A stretch of DNA of 63,829 nt, the filler included, from Folioceros fuciformis (Eukaryota), in NCBI GenBank assembly GCA_049999805.1. It is 14 parts of 14 records of this genome, joined end to end, with 100 filler letters (N's around TTAATTAATTAA, not from the genome) between each part and the next. Parts side by side here need not be neighbours in the genome. Positions count along the whole stretch, not along the records: positions 49,016 to 52,136 come from JBNGIO010003265.1; positions 52,237 to 57,396 come from JBNGIO010003266.1; positions 57,497 to 59,357 come from JBNGIO010003269.1; positions 59,458 to 62,625 come from JBNGIO010003270.1; 10 more parts are not named here. One strand, given 5' to 3'. How positions within the stretch are numbered: the first letter of the stretch is position 1; each line of letters begins with the position of its first letter. Positions 49,016 to 59,629 of the stretch are shown piece by piece. The notes below the pieces were generated by a model, which had not been told where the DNA came from, did not search any database, and was given only the letters and a program-made list of their open reading frames with translations. The position numbers and the translations under genes were made by a program.

Positions 49016-52000
49016 GTATCTGCGTTGGCTGGAATTGGGTTTGGTCGATGCCGGAGAGGAAGTTGCGCTCCCATTCAGCCTCCTTCGAAGCCTCCGTTAA
49101 AGATTTGTATTCGGCTTCGGTGGAACTGAGTGCAACAGAAGTTTGTTTCTTCGAACACCATGCCACAACTGCCGAAGCAAGGGTAAAACAGTAAGTGGAG
49201 AGGCTCCTTCTGGAGTCCGAATCGGAGGCCCAATCAGCATCCGTATACCCAGACAAGGTAAGTTTGGAGTGACCACTGCGCTGGTAAACAAGGCCATATC
49301 TTTGAGTGCCATTCAGGTATCTGAAAATTCGTTTAACGGCTGTCCAGTGAATACGTCCAGGGTTATCCATGAATTGAGCAACTGTACTGACAGCGTACTG
49401 AACATCAGGTCGTGTCCAGCTAGCAACAAAGATTAAACTCCCCACTGCATGACGATAAGGTACGTCCATCATGTCTTTCTTTTCAAGTTCAGTTTCAGGA
49501 CACTGCAATCGAGTAAGTTTGAGGCTTGTAGCATAAGGTGTTGATGCAGGTCAGGCTTGGTCAAGGTTGAATTTTCGTAAAATTTCATTTACATATTTAA
49601 ACTGATGTATGATCAATTTGCCTTCTGATCTAATGAGCTGTTGTTTGACATGAGATAATAAGTCCTGATCATTGGTGGCCAAGATGACATCGTCGACATA
49701 AAGTGCCAAGACGACCACAGATGGACCCTTGGTAAGCTTATACACATTAGTGTCTGCTGGGTTTTGTATAAAATCAATACTGATTAAGAATTGATGCATG
49801 GTAAAATACCATACGCGTCCACTTTGCTTTAAGCCGTAAATACATTTTAAAAGCTTAAGGACTTTATGTGGGTATTTCTGATCTTCGTATGCCTCTGGCT
49901 GTAACATGTATAGTTCATAATCAAGTTTGCCATACAAGTAGGCTGTGCACACATCCATCTGTTGAAGATCTAAGTCGAATTCAGCAGCGTAAGCCAAGAG
50001 GATCCGTATGGATTGGGATCTGACTACTGGAGAGAATGTCTCTTGGTAGTCAATTCCCTCCACCTGTGTGAAGCCACGCGCAACTAGACGTGCCTTGTAA
50101 CGTGCAACTTCACCCTTTGCATTTAGTTTCAATTTAAATACCCATTTGCATGAAATAGCTTTTCGGCCAGGTGGCAAATCAGTTAAGACCCATGTTTGAT
50201 TTTTGACCAGGGATTGATATTCATCTTCTACAGCGGCCTTCCACTGCATGCTTTGAGGACCAGTAAAGGCCTGGGTGAGGGATGTGGGTTCATCTGGCAA
50301 GGAGTCTTTAACAGCAAGATGGGATCTAAAATCTATTGACTGATAAGGGGGCTCCTTCCATTCTGCAGGTGGTGCATGGTGACGTGTGAAACGTCTAAGG
50401 GCAGGGGCAGGCACATCCGCAACAGGTGGGTCATCAATAACATGCGGAGCATCATGCGCATCCTGAACAGGTAGGTCATCACGTACATCAGGAACAGGCA
50501 AAACCACATCATGCTCTTCAGCAAGTTCCTCTTGTACTGGATGTTGATGTTCAGGATCGTCATGTGGGATGGGAGGATTAGGGATATTTAACCCATCTCC
50601 TGCTAGGGAAATTGCAGGATGGTTGGGTTCATCCGCATCAGGGTCATCAAGGGGATAATCTGCTGCTTTAGCCATAGAGGTATTTGTCTCAGTATCCACT
50701 TGTATATCATCTGATGTGGCTGGTGAACTTCTTTCTAGAAATGTCACACTACGTGCCAATACAATATCTCCTTTATCAGGATTATATAGCTTGTATGCTT
50801 TAGCTTGTTCGCTGTAGCCTACAAAGATGAGAGCCTGAGCCCTAGGGTCAAGTTTCTTACGTTTCTTAGCAGGTATAAGAGCAAAAGCCTTAGATCCAAA
50901 AACTCTTAGATGTGCTAAACTTGGTTTCTTATGCCAGAATGCCTCATAAGGTGTCATGTGTGGGACTGAACTTGTGATAATCCTATTCAAGATATAGGTA
51001 GCTGTAACAACAGCCTCGGCCCAATATCCTTGAGGTAAGCCTGCCCACAATAGCATGCTTCTGATCATATTAAGTACAGTCTGATGGTTTCGTTCTGAGA
51101 CACCATTTTGTTGAGGTGTGTAGGGCACAGTCAATTGCCTGAGGACACCAGCTTCTTGAAGGAAGGAGTCAAAAGATGGATTGACAAATTCGGTACCATT
51201 GTCAGTTCTTAATATTTTAAGCAGTTGTCCTGATTGCCTTTGAGCCGTATGAAACCAGTCCTTGAAGAAACTAAATGTGTCACTTTTATATTGCATTGGG
51301 TATGTCCATGTATAGCGGCTATAATCATCTGTTAGGGAAAAAAAGTATTTAGAGCCTCCCAGGGAAGGTTCACTGATTTTTCCTTATATGTCCGCATGTA
51401 CTAACCCAAGTGGATGTGTTGCCCTATGTGAAGAAGCACTTGGAAAAGGAAATTCCTTTTGCTTTGCTAAGATGCATGTTTCACAAATGGGTAAGTGTTT
51501 GAAGCACTCTGGAAGGGGTTCCTTATGACATTCCGTAACAGACATGTCAATTAACTTAGACCTGTTGACATGCCCTAATTTGGCATGCCATAAGATGGCT
51601 TCCTTTGCTGAACTTGACTGAGATTCTCCTGCTGAATAAGCTGAATGTTGTGCATCAGCTGCTGGTTGACAAGTAATGTCTAATCTGTAGAGGTCTTGTA
51701 CAGGTAGTCCTTGAAATACACATGTGCCAGGAGAAGACCGTCGATAAAAACAGCAATGCTCATGATCTGCCCGTAGATTGAAGAGCTGTAGACGCATGAG
51801 CTAGCTTAAAGACAAGATTTTTAGCCATAGTTGGGACGAGAAGGACATCCTTAAGGAGCAGGGTTGTTCCGTCATGGAGACTGAAAATACAAGTACCTTT
51901 TCCCTGTATTTGCAAGCTAGTTTTGCTTTGTTCATCTCCTAACAAGACCTTATCACTTCCTGATACAGGTTGTAGAGTGGTGAACAAGCTTCTATCCTTG

Positions 52001-52136
52001 CAGATATGTGTGGTTGCTCCGGAATCGAGATACCAACAACCGCCATCATTCAGAGAACTTGACAAGCACACTGTGAGTATCTTCACCTGTGCTTTCGATC
52101 CTCCTGATGCTTCTTTGACTGCAAGACTAGCAGCCT
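49016..52136 (-). mobile_element. Ty1/Copia pol (protease-preintegrase-integrase-RT-RNase H), best-preserved copy but disrupted
   Basis: WYLDSGATTHIC, WHAKLGH...CETCILAKQ, RTDNGTEF, PQQNGVSER, YKARLVARGF, LYVDD, YTDADWA, SSTEAEY. Frameshifts near 51790, 51385 and 49550; the MKDLG segment is missing after KQQL. Confidence 0.97.
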
Positions 52137-52641
52137 NNNNNNNNNNNNNNNNNNNNNNNNNNNNNNNNNNNNNNNNNNNNTTAATTAATTAANNNNNNNN
52201 NNNNNNNNNNNNNNNNNNNNNNNNNNNNNNNNNNNNTTCCAAGGCTTCACGATGGAATATCTAGACTAACAAGAAATTGTATAAAGCTTTGGCCTTCATG
52301 ACCATAGTCCAGCAGAAGGCCTATATCCATCTATGGATTGTGCACTCTACTTTCTTACACCACATATACTACACCACCATGGTCATGAAACTCCAAGGTT
52401 GACAAAAGGAATATAGCGTCAGCAATTGAAGCGTCCTGTCATCTCACCACGAGTTCTCGGCCACAGCATCACAAGTTCGGGAAGGCAAGCAAGTAACATC
52501 ATCATTAATGGGCTATGGTCTTAGGAAGGAATAGGCCATCGCTCACCTGTGGAGTGGCATGTGCCTAGTAGATTTCCATCCTTCTACAAGTATTTCCAAA
52601 GGCATGCTCCTACTAACAATGTAACCACCATCCCATAGCTT

Positions 52642-52744
52642 GGCACCCCCGGCGGGACTTGTTGCAGTGGCTTGGGCACCCCCGGCGGGACTTGTTGCAG
52701 TGGCTTGGGCACCCCCGGCGGGACTTGTTGCAGTGGCTTGGGCA
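52642..52744. repeat. Perfect 33-bp tandem repeat x3
   Basis: GGCACCCCCGGCGGGACTTGTTGCAGTGGCTTG, head to tail, no spacers. Confidence 0.97.
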
Positions 52745-52849
52745 TTAGATGGGTATCTAGATCTACGATCCTCCCCAACTCCCGAGAAAGACCACGCAGC
52801 CCAAGCAGCAACGACATGAGGTAGACCCTACAAGGCCCGACGTGGTCAT

Positions 52850-53320
52850 GAAAGATGCTAAGGATCCCTCTGTTGCTACTAAACCTAAGCGAAGGAGGAA
52901 GAAAGGATCAATGCTACCACCAATCGGCAAGGACACCCAAGTATTCTCCGGTAGACAACATCGCTGACAGTCCGGTGCAGATGACCTTCAGGCAACTCTT
53001 CGGCATAGTCCCATCGGCACGAAGAGAAATGGCTAATGCTTTAAGCACTTGAGAATCAAAACCTAAAAGAAACAAGGCCAAGGCGGTGGGGGAAACAAAG
53101 GACGAAGCTACTGGGATCTCAGAAGTTCTGAAGGTAGCCCCTGATCGAAGTGCGAAAGGGGTTGGCTGCGGAAACATGATCCTCCTTCTGTCGAGGCTTG
53201 GTGAACAACCAGGAAGTCCATGATGTGATCGTGGATGGTGGAGCCTCAACAAACATTCTGAATGATAAGTGGCTTGCCTGACTCAATCTGCAGGATGCCC
53301 AGCTTAGACCTTGTAAGAAG
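52850..53320 (+). mobile_element. Ty3/Gypsy gag-protease junction fragment
   Basis: YSPVDNIADSPVQMTFRQLFGIVPSARREM (gag-pro linker type), then QEVHDVIVDGGASTNIL (about 53210-53260, DGG-type protease motif). Confidence 0.7.
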
Positions 53321-54899
53321 GTATTGTGAAAGGATTGGGGAATATGCCACCACTACCAACAGGAGTAGTAGGGAAGAGTCCTCCTGGTGCTGTCGCGCCA
53401 CTAGCATTATGGGCGACTCCTCTAGGCGCAGTGGAAAGACCAGACGAAGCAGCAGCTCTGCCATGTATGGTGTTTCTCGCTGTGACACCTGCTGCACCCC
53501 TTTTGGGTGTGGAGGAATCTTGTGTTTGAGTTGCAGCGCCAGCAGTAAGAGATGCAGCACCGGTTGCCGCGGGACTTCTATGACTCGTGCTCGGTGCAAA
53601 GCTCCCGCTCCCTCCTACACTCGTTCCGGAAGAGTCGAAGCCGTGTGCGTCAGCAGAATCATCCTCAGCCCCAGAGCCGAACAAGATGCCGCCAGAACTC
53701 ATTGTGCCGGTGAAGTCGCAAGATCAGGTGGGAGACCTGGAGCAGGAGGTCGCGAGCCACAGGACTTGACGATTACAGGTAAGTGTTGTTTCAATCCTGC
53801 GCCTGTGACTCCCCTTCGCAATCAAGTGCCTTCCACGGTGTAAGGGAATGAAGGGATGTCGGTAATCAATCGCGTCCCTTCAGTTCTCCCATCTTTGCAG
53901 ACTGATTCCAGTGATGATATTTGCTGCAGGATCTCGCACCTAAAGAAGCGCATGAGAAGAGTGATGAATTGCGGACTGCCTCAAAATTGCTGGTACGATG
54001 CTGAATCGTCTGATTATTCTACGGAAGAAAACGCTCCAGTAGTGAGGTGAGTCTTTCGCACCGGTTGATCAAATTGCGCACTTGAATTTGCAAAGTCCTG
54101 ATTTCACACGGTCGCAAAGTGATTTCCCCACAGATAGCTGATAAAAGATTGTCAGTGTAGGTGCGCTCCAGATGGCCCTTCTGCTGTTGACAAAATCTAT
54201 CAGATTGTGGAGGTGAGTCACGGTTAAGATTCTGATTCTGACAATTCCTAGCATGATGAGGATTTCAAGTGTTGACAAAAACTGTTCTTTCACAAGGATT
54301 TGTGTTTCTCGAAAATGTGCAGGTGTTCTGTTCCCAAAACGCGGGATAACGATATCTAGCTATTGTAGGAAAACCAACTTGCCTATCAGAATTGCGACGA
54401 GGCATTTTTGCCAAATTTTCTCTCTTCGTTCATTTCAGTAACTGCAGCGGAAGAATAAACATTATAGCAGACATAGAAATTCTGTAGAAATGCATATCAC
54501 CTAAAATATGCCAAATTCTAGAGATGTTGAATTCCTATGCTACATATCTATATGTATGGTATTTTCGCTGTCTCCTGTTCTGCATGAAATCCACATTTCG
54601 AATGTAGAAGTATGGATTGCGTTCACAATTCGAAGCTACTGCGAAAGCACTATCACATGTATGTGTAAATGCATTTCGTAGAGCGGGTAGCTAGAGAAAA
54701 TTGTATGCTTGGCAAAGGACAAAACATTAACAATCAACAAAAAGAGTTCAAGTACACCAAAGACTAAGTTACTTTTCAATAATGACTATTCATATTAGGG
54801 CTAGCTTGACTTAACTATATAACATACATAAAGCCCATATAACAAACCCTAGAGACATGGTTACAAGTACCAGGTACGCATCTTAACACCATTGCATAG

Positions 54900-55480
54900 G
54901 CTCCCCATGCTTCTAGTCCCACCTCAACTTATGTTATCAATGCTTGTCTAACTCCTTCATCCATGCCACTTTGTAGCCAGCTAAAGATGGTTGTTACATG
55001 GCGAGTTGGAAAATCAAACTCCTCCCTAACTGTACCCATCTCCTTCCAACAGCTCTCTACCTTGTTCCACATATGACCAATGTGTGATGGGCCTTACGGA
55101 TTAGCCTTATTGAAGATTTGATCGATAAACCCTTGTGGTGTACACTGGGATTGACAGCCTCTTAAAGCTTTGCAAAGGGAGACCTAGCACATAATTCGTG
55201 CTAAAAGGCAAAGCTAGACAAAGAATGTATTTTAGCTCCACATAACTCGACCATATTGATTTGAAAAGTGGGGAGCAATTGCTGATGTCTAGCAAGGACT
55301 TGTTTGCCATAATGTTGTCTATGCTTCTTCTCCCTTTCAAAACATCTTGTGTTCGCTCCAAATGTTGGGTAAGGAAGCTCTTCCAAGGATAGCTAGAAAG
55401 GTCAGTGTAAAGATCCAGGGTGCCTGTTGCTTTCTTCATGAACCTATGAAGAAAAAATATACCAATCTTCTCATTCTCCT
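54900..55480 (-). mobile_element. Possible LINE ORF2 post-RT fragment
   Basis: PWKSFL...SPLFKSIWSSY...VLGLPL...HIGHMWNKVESCWK resembles the C-terminal region of L1/Tx1 ORF2; no catalytic motif seen. Confidence 0.4.
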
Positions 55481-56116
55481 CCCTCTTTGTGCTGAAAGGG
55501 CAAACCTGGATACTTAAGTGAAGATACTTAAGTGAAGATCCGAAGTGCACTTGTGAAATATGTACGTGGGCGGCAGTTCGACAGGATGGTCAAAGATCGC
55601 TAATTCTGCCCTGTTATCCCTCCATTACAGGGAGCAGGGGGGTGGTAAACGCTGGCTCGGTGTCTTGCCGACCGCTTACCCCCCTCTAATGGGGGAATCG
55701 GTGGCTTGCCGACAGCTTTCGTCACCCTCTATTGAAACTCTCTCTGAGGATCCTCAGTTACCCGGGGTGTTAGCACTCTGGCCTATCGAACTGAGCCTTT
55801 TTGTCCACGAAGGACAATTCTGCCATAGTATCCGTTCCCACTGTAGCAATGGGTAACCCGGTTTTCCCCCCATTTGGGCTACCCCTCCTCTAAGGTCAAT
55901 CGTAGATACGAGAGACTTGTTGACACCTTCCCACCGTGTAGCGGTCATAGTACCCAACACGGCATTCCCTAGGAATTAGAAATGAAATCATTCAGATTTG
56001 CCATAGTCCACAGCAACACTTGGGTTACAACAGAGCGCACCTCTTTCCCAACTTACATCTTACTATATCAATTCATATATATAGCGTGATCTTTTCTTTT
56101 CAGCGGCAATATGGGT

Positions 56117-57383
56117 TATTTACCCAAGTTGGAGCTTAGCATTCAACGTGATTATACGGCAGCTACCCTTACGCACCAAGCTGAGAGAGTCAAGTACCTG
56201 GCTGAGGGTAATTGGGGTGTGAGGAAAGTCTTCGGGTCGGTACCACATGATTTGGGTACTCACGATCCATGGGTAGAGGTCAATGCATACAACATCCACG
56301 ATACCAGTAAGTGGAAGGATCTGAATCCTAAGTTTGTTGTCCAAGTGTACAGAGATGTTGTCGCTACCGGATATCTAGGTTTTGCCAAAGCAGTCTGGCC
56401 TGCAGTGGACGCGGCTATGGCATACATGGACCCATTTGACAGAGATAGGGATGGTCTCATCGAAAACTATGGGTTCCATGACCAAACTTATGATACCTGG
56501 CCTGTCCATGGTATCAGTGCTTACTGTGGAGGACTCTGGCTGGCGGCCCTTCAAGCGGCTGCTGCTATGGCTGACATAGTTCAAGATACGAATGCAGCTC
56601 AGTATTTCCGTGGGAAATTTAGCCAAGCAAGGGTTGTGTGTGACAAGAAGCTTTGGAACGGCTCCTACTTCAATTCCGACAGTGGAACGTGCAGTAATAG
56701 CAAGTCTATTCAGGCTGACCAAATGGCGGGGCAATGGTATGCTTGGGCATCTGGGTTGCCACCACTCTTCAAGGACTACAAGCCAAGAAGTGCGCTGAGA
56801 AAGATCTTCGATTTCAATGTCCTCAAGGTGCAAGGAGGCAAGATGGGCGCTGTCAACGGCATGCCCCCAGATGGCAGAGTTGATGAGACCTCAACGCAGT
56901 CTAGCGAGGTGTGGACAGGTGTAACGTATTCCTTGGCTGCTGCTATGATCTATGAAGGAATGAGGGATGAGGCATGTATAGCTGCTGAGGGAATCTACCT
57001 GGCTTCACGGTTGGACTTGGGGTAAGCCAGCAACATGCTTTTGAGAATGCTTGTACCTGTTCCTCTGTCCATGCAACTCCCTTACTAACAAGTGCTATGT
57101 CACCACCAGGTAATGGTTCCAAACTCCACAGGCTTGGACAACAAGTGGAGGCTACAGATCCCTCACTTACATGCGGCCACTCGCTATCTGGGCTATGCAG
57201 TGGGCACTGTATCCGCCAAAGAATGTCAAAGAGGCTCCAAAACTACAGCATATGGAGAAGGGGTGCAGCTACCTGCACGAATGCTTCTCTGCTGTTGCAC
57301 ATGCTTTGAGGCATGCTCCAAGCCCACCAATTCGTCAACTTTGCAATCTCTGTTCCGCCGTTCTCTGCTGTAAATGCCGTTGA
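56117..57383 (+). pseudogene. GBA2: Non-lysosomal glucosylceramidase (GH116) 3' fragment, pseudogene
   Basis: [50 protein letters not shown]. Intron 57022-57109 is followed by an in-frame TAA at 57111 (G*WFQTP for GYWFQTP). Conserved residues are altered (QTPQA, GFHDQ, QSSEV) and no 5' exons are present. Confidence 0.88.
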
Positions 57384-57756
57384 CGTAAGTCATGGTNNNN
57401 NNNNNNNNNNNNNNNNNNNNNNNNNNNNNNNNNNNNNNNNTTAATTAATTAANNNNNNNNNNNNNNNNNNNNNNNNNNNNNNNNNNNNNNNNNNNNCGCT
57501 ATTATGAACGGTTGCCCACTGTGGGCAAACCCTAAAAATAATGTTTTTTTATTTATTTTTTTTTTTATTTTTTTATGACATTTCAATTAGGTCAAATCAA
57601 CCGACATGTCCCACTCCTGTGGAGTGACACCTACAGGTGGACCAATGTGGTTATGTGCAGGCAGATTCAACAAAGAGGTGCAATGAAAAATGCACCGATT
57701 CAGATCAGGGGCAGGAATTCCTCCTGCACCTGGATGTCTCCACTTGGCAAAAGGCT

Positions 57757-58437
57757 TCACAGGACATGGGCACTGGAATCTGATTCATCGGGCAAGCTAC
57801 TCTGTTTAAGGTTTTGCAATTTGAGGTCCATGTGTTGAAGGAGATCAGTAATGTGGCTGATATCTTGTTGGAGCTTGTCTTTGCAGATCAGAATTGCTCG
57901 CTCTATCTCAGAATCCAGGGTGCAAACTCTGTTCTTGAGAAACAACTAGTTTGACAGCACAAGGGACATCACTTTTTCCACACGGATAAGTATCGCTTGC
58001 GATTTGTCAGTAGTGATCCTCAATCCAGTGTGGGCATTAAATTCTGTGTTGTGGTGTCTTGCTGTAGATTGTCGCGTGGCCCTTGGTCTTCCTGCAGAAG
58101 ATCCTGAGATTGTTATTTCGGTTGCAGGTCTGAACAAGTAATCTGGGGAGGCTGTAGCTTCTGGTCGAGGTGTGGGGCACAGGTATCCTCTTCTGTGGCA
58201 GCGTACTCGATAGAGACGGTTGGCCTCTTGATTTCTGTTCAATATCCAGGAGGATGTAGGGCGACGTTGAGTATACAGTCTTTGTAGCCAGAGAGCAGGG
58301 TAGTTTTGCTCGTAGAGGTCAAGCACCGTGTCTACAGGCAGGGGTGCTATGTGTCTTGGTGGACATCCTCCTAGATGAGAATATCTAGATGATCCACCTA
58401 GATGTGAGCCTCTACGATTGCCACCTTGCCTCGGCAT
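57757..58437 (-). pseudogene. Unknown ORF of about 225 codons directly after an LTR/PBS; one in-frame TAG
   Basis: 57946-58437 and 57757-57945 are the same frame; R/G-rich N-terminus and heptad-like C-terminus. Confidence 0.45.
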
Positions 58438-58469
58438 CTTTCAGGTTGTTGCACAAGATGTAGAGCATG

Positions 58470-58990
58470 GCTCTAATATCATGTGAGGTAACGAGTTGGA
58501 GACTAGAAAGCTGAAACTTAGATTGATAAGATAATGTACAATACAAAAATGTTTGTCTAAACTACTTCTTAAAAATGGCCATAGTGTCATGTCATGATGT
58601 TGCTGTATGGGAAACAGAGCACCTAAGACTCTATGACTGGATACTGACTAGAGCATCCTGGGCATAAGCCCTGAATGCTGAAATGACTAGATACTGACTG
58701 GAGCATCTCGGGCATAAGCCCTGATGCTGAAGTGCTTGATGATGTCATGTACATGGCCCATGGATGGCCTGCACATGACATGTATGCCATATATGCATGT
58801 GTGCCATGTATGCATGCATATGGAGATGAAGGATGACATGTGATGTATGTGGACATGTGGCAGGTGATGTGTCATGGCGCATACAACCTATATGCATGGT
58901 TGTGCATGAAAGGCGTGGTGCTATGCCGCATATATAGATAGCAGATTTATATTAGAAGATATTAGAAAATACATAAAAATCATAAATCAA
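58470..58990 (-). mobile_element. 5' LTR plus degenerate iMet PBS
   Basis: 58470-58481 reads TGATATTAGAGC on the minus strand directly after ...CTCACA. Contains a tandem duplication of about 50 bp (58636-58733) and a CATG-rich tract; far edge approximate. Confidence 0.6.
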
Positions 58991-59629
58991 GGAAAGTAGG
59001 ATTATAAAGTGCCCACCATCGATACGGGTGGACACTTCATCGAGAACTCCTGGGGGTTTTTGCCTATATATGTAGGCACCCAGCCATGGATTCTCGGATT
59101 GTTGATGTTTGTCTTGTTCCAATAGACAGCCATACTTCGTCCCTGCTGTGTCTTTGTCTCCTAGAGGTTCTTGTGGTTCGTTGCATTGCCAGGTTGGGAG
59201 AATTTTCCAGCTTGATTTCACCACATCAACAATCCGCTTGTTGGGGACTAAGATACGGTACTGGAGGAGACTGTGGCGCGCTGGAGATTGGATGAAGAGG
59301 CGGAAATCGTCCACCATCCAACCCAGGAGACAGCTGCGATCCGAGAAGGTTGGGTGTNNNNNNNNNNNNNNNNNNNNNNNNNNNNNNNNNNNNNNNNNNN
59401 NTTAATTAATTAANNNNNNNNNNNNNNNNNNNNNNNNNNNNNNNNNNNNNNNNNNNNTAGGATGAAGAACGTTTTTAGTGCCTTTGATTCCAGTGTTGCA
59501 GTTCATGGCGTAACTTACTGACTCACCAAGCTACGTGTGTCCCGCAGCTCCTTTCAAACCCAAATTGCTGCAAGGTTTTGCTATAATCTCTTCACTTCAA
59601 CAACTATCTCAATCTGGACAGGGAAGCAA

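Noticed and set aside
52642..52744. CRISPR array
   Set aside because: The 33-bp units are head to tail with no spacers, no cas genes are present, and the context is eukaryotic.
53304..54890. Gene or LTR element from the overlapping ORFs and the AT-rich block at about 54700-54887
   Set aside because: There is no recognisable domain, PBS or PPT, and strand and frame could not be resolved.
55609..55621. LSU rRNA or I-SceI-like motif (AGGGATAACAGGG on the minus strand)
   Set aside because: Only about 13 nt match and the flanks do not resemble rRNA.
55700..55800. Canonical hammerhead ribozyme on the minus strand (TTC...CTGAGGA...CGAAA)
   Set aside because: The core words are in the right order and a 5-bp stem III is possible, but the closing pairs of stems I and II are mismatched. 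Not called; left to a covariance search.
57528..57536. Telomeric repeat (AAACCCTAA, with similar words at 20626 and 26672)
   Set aside because: These are single telo-box-like copies inside LTR or AT-rich sequence, not arrays.
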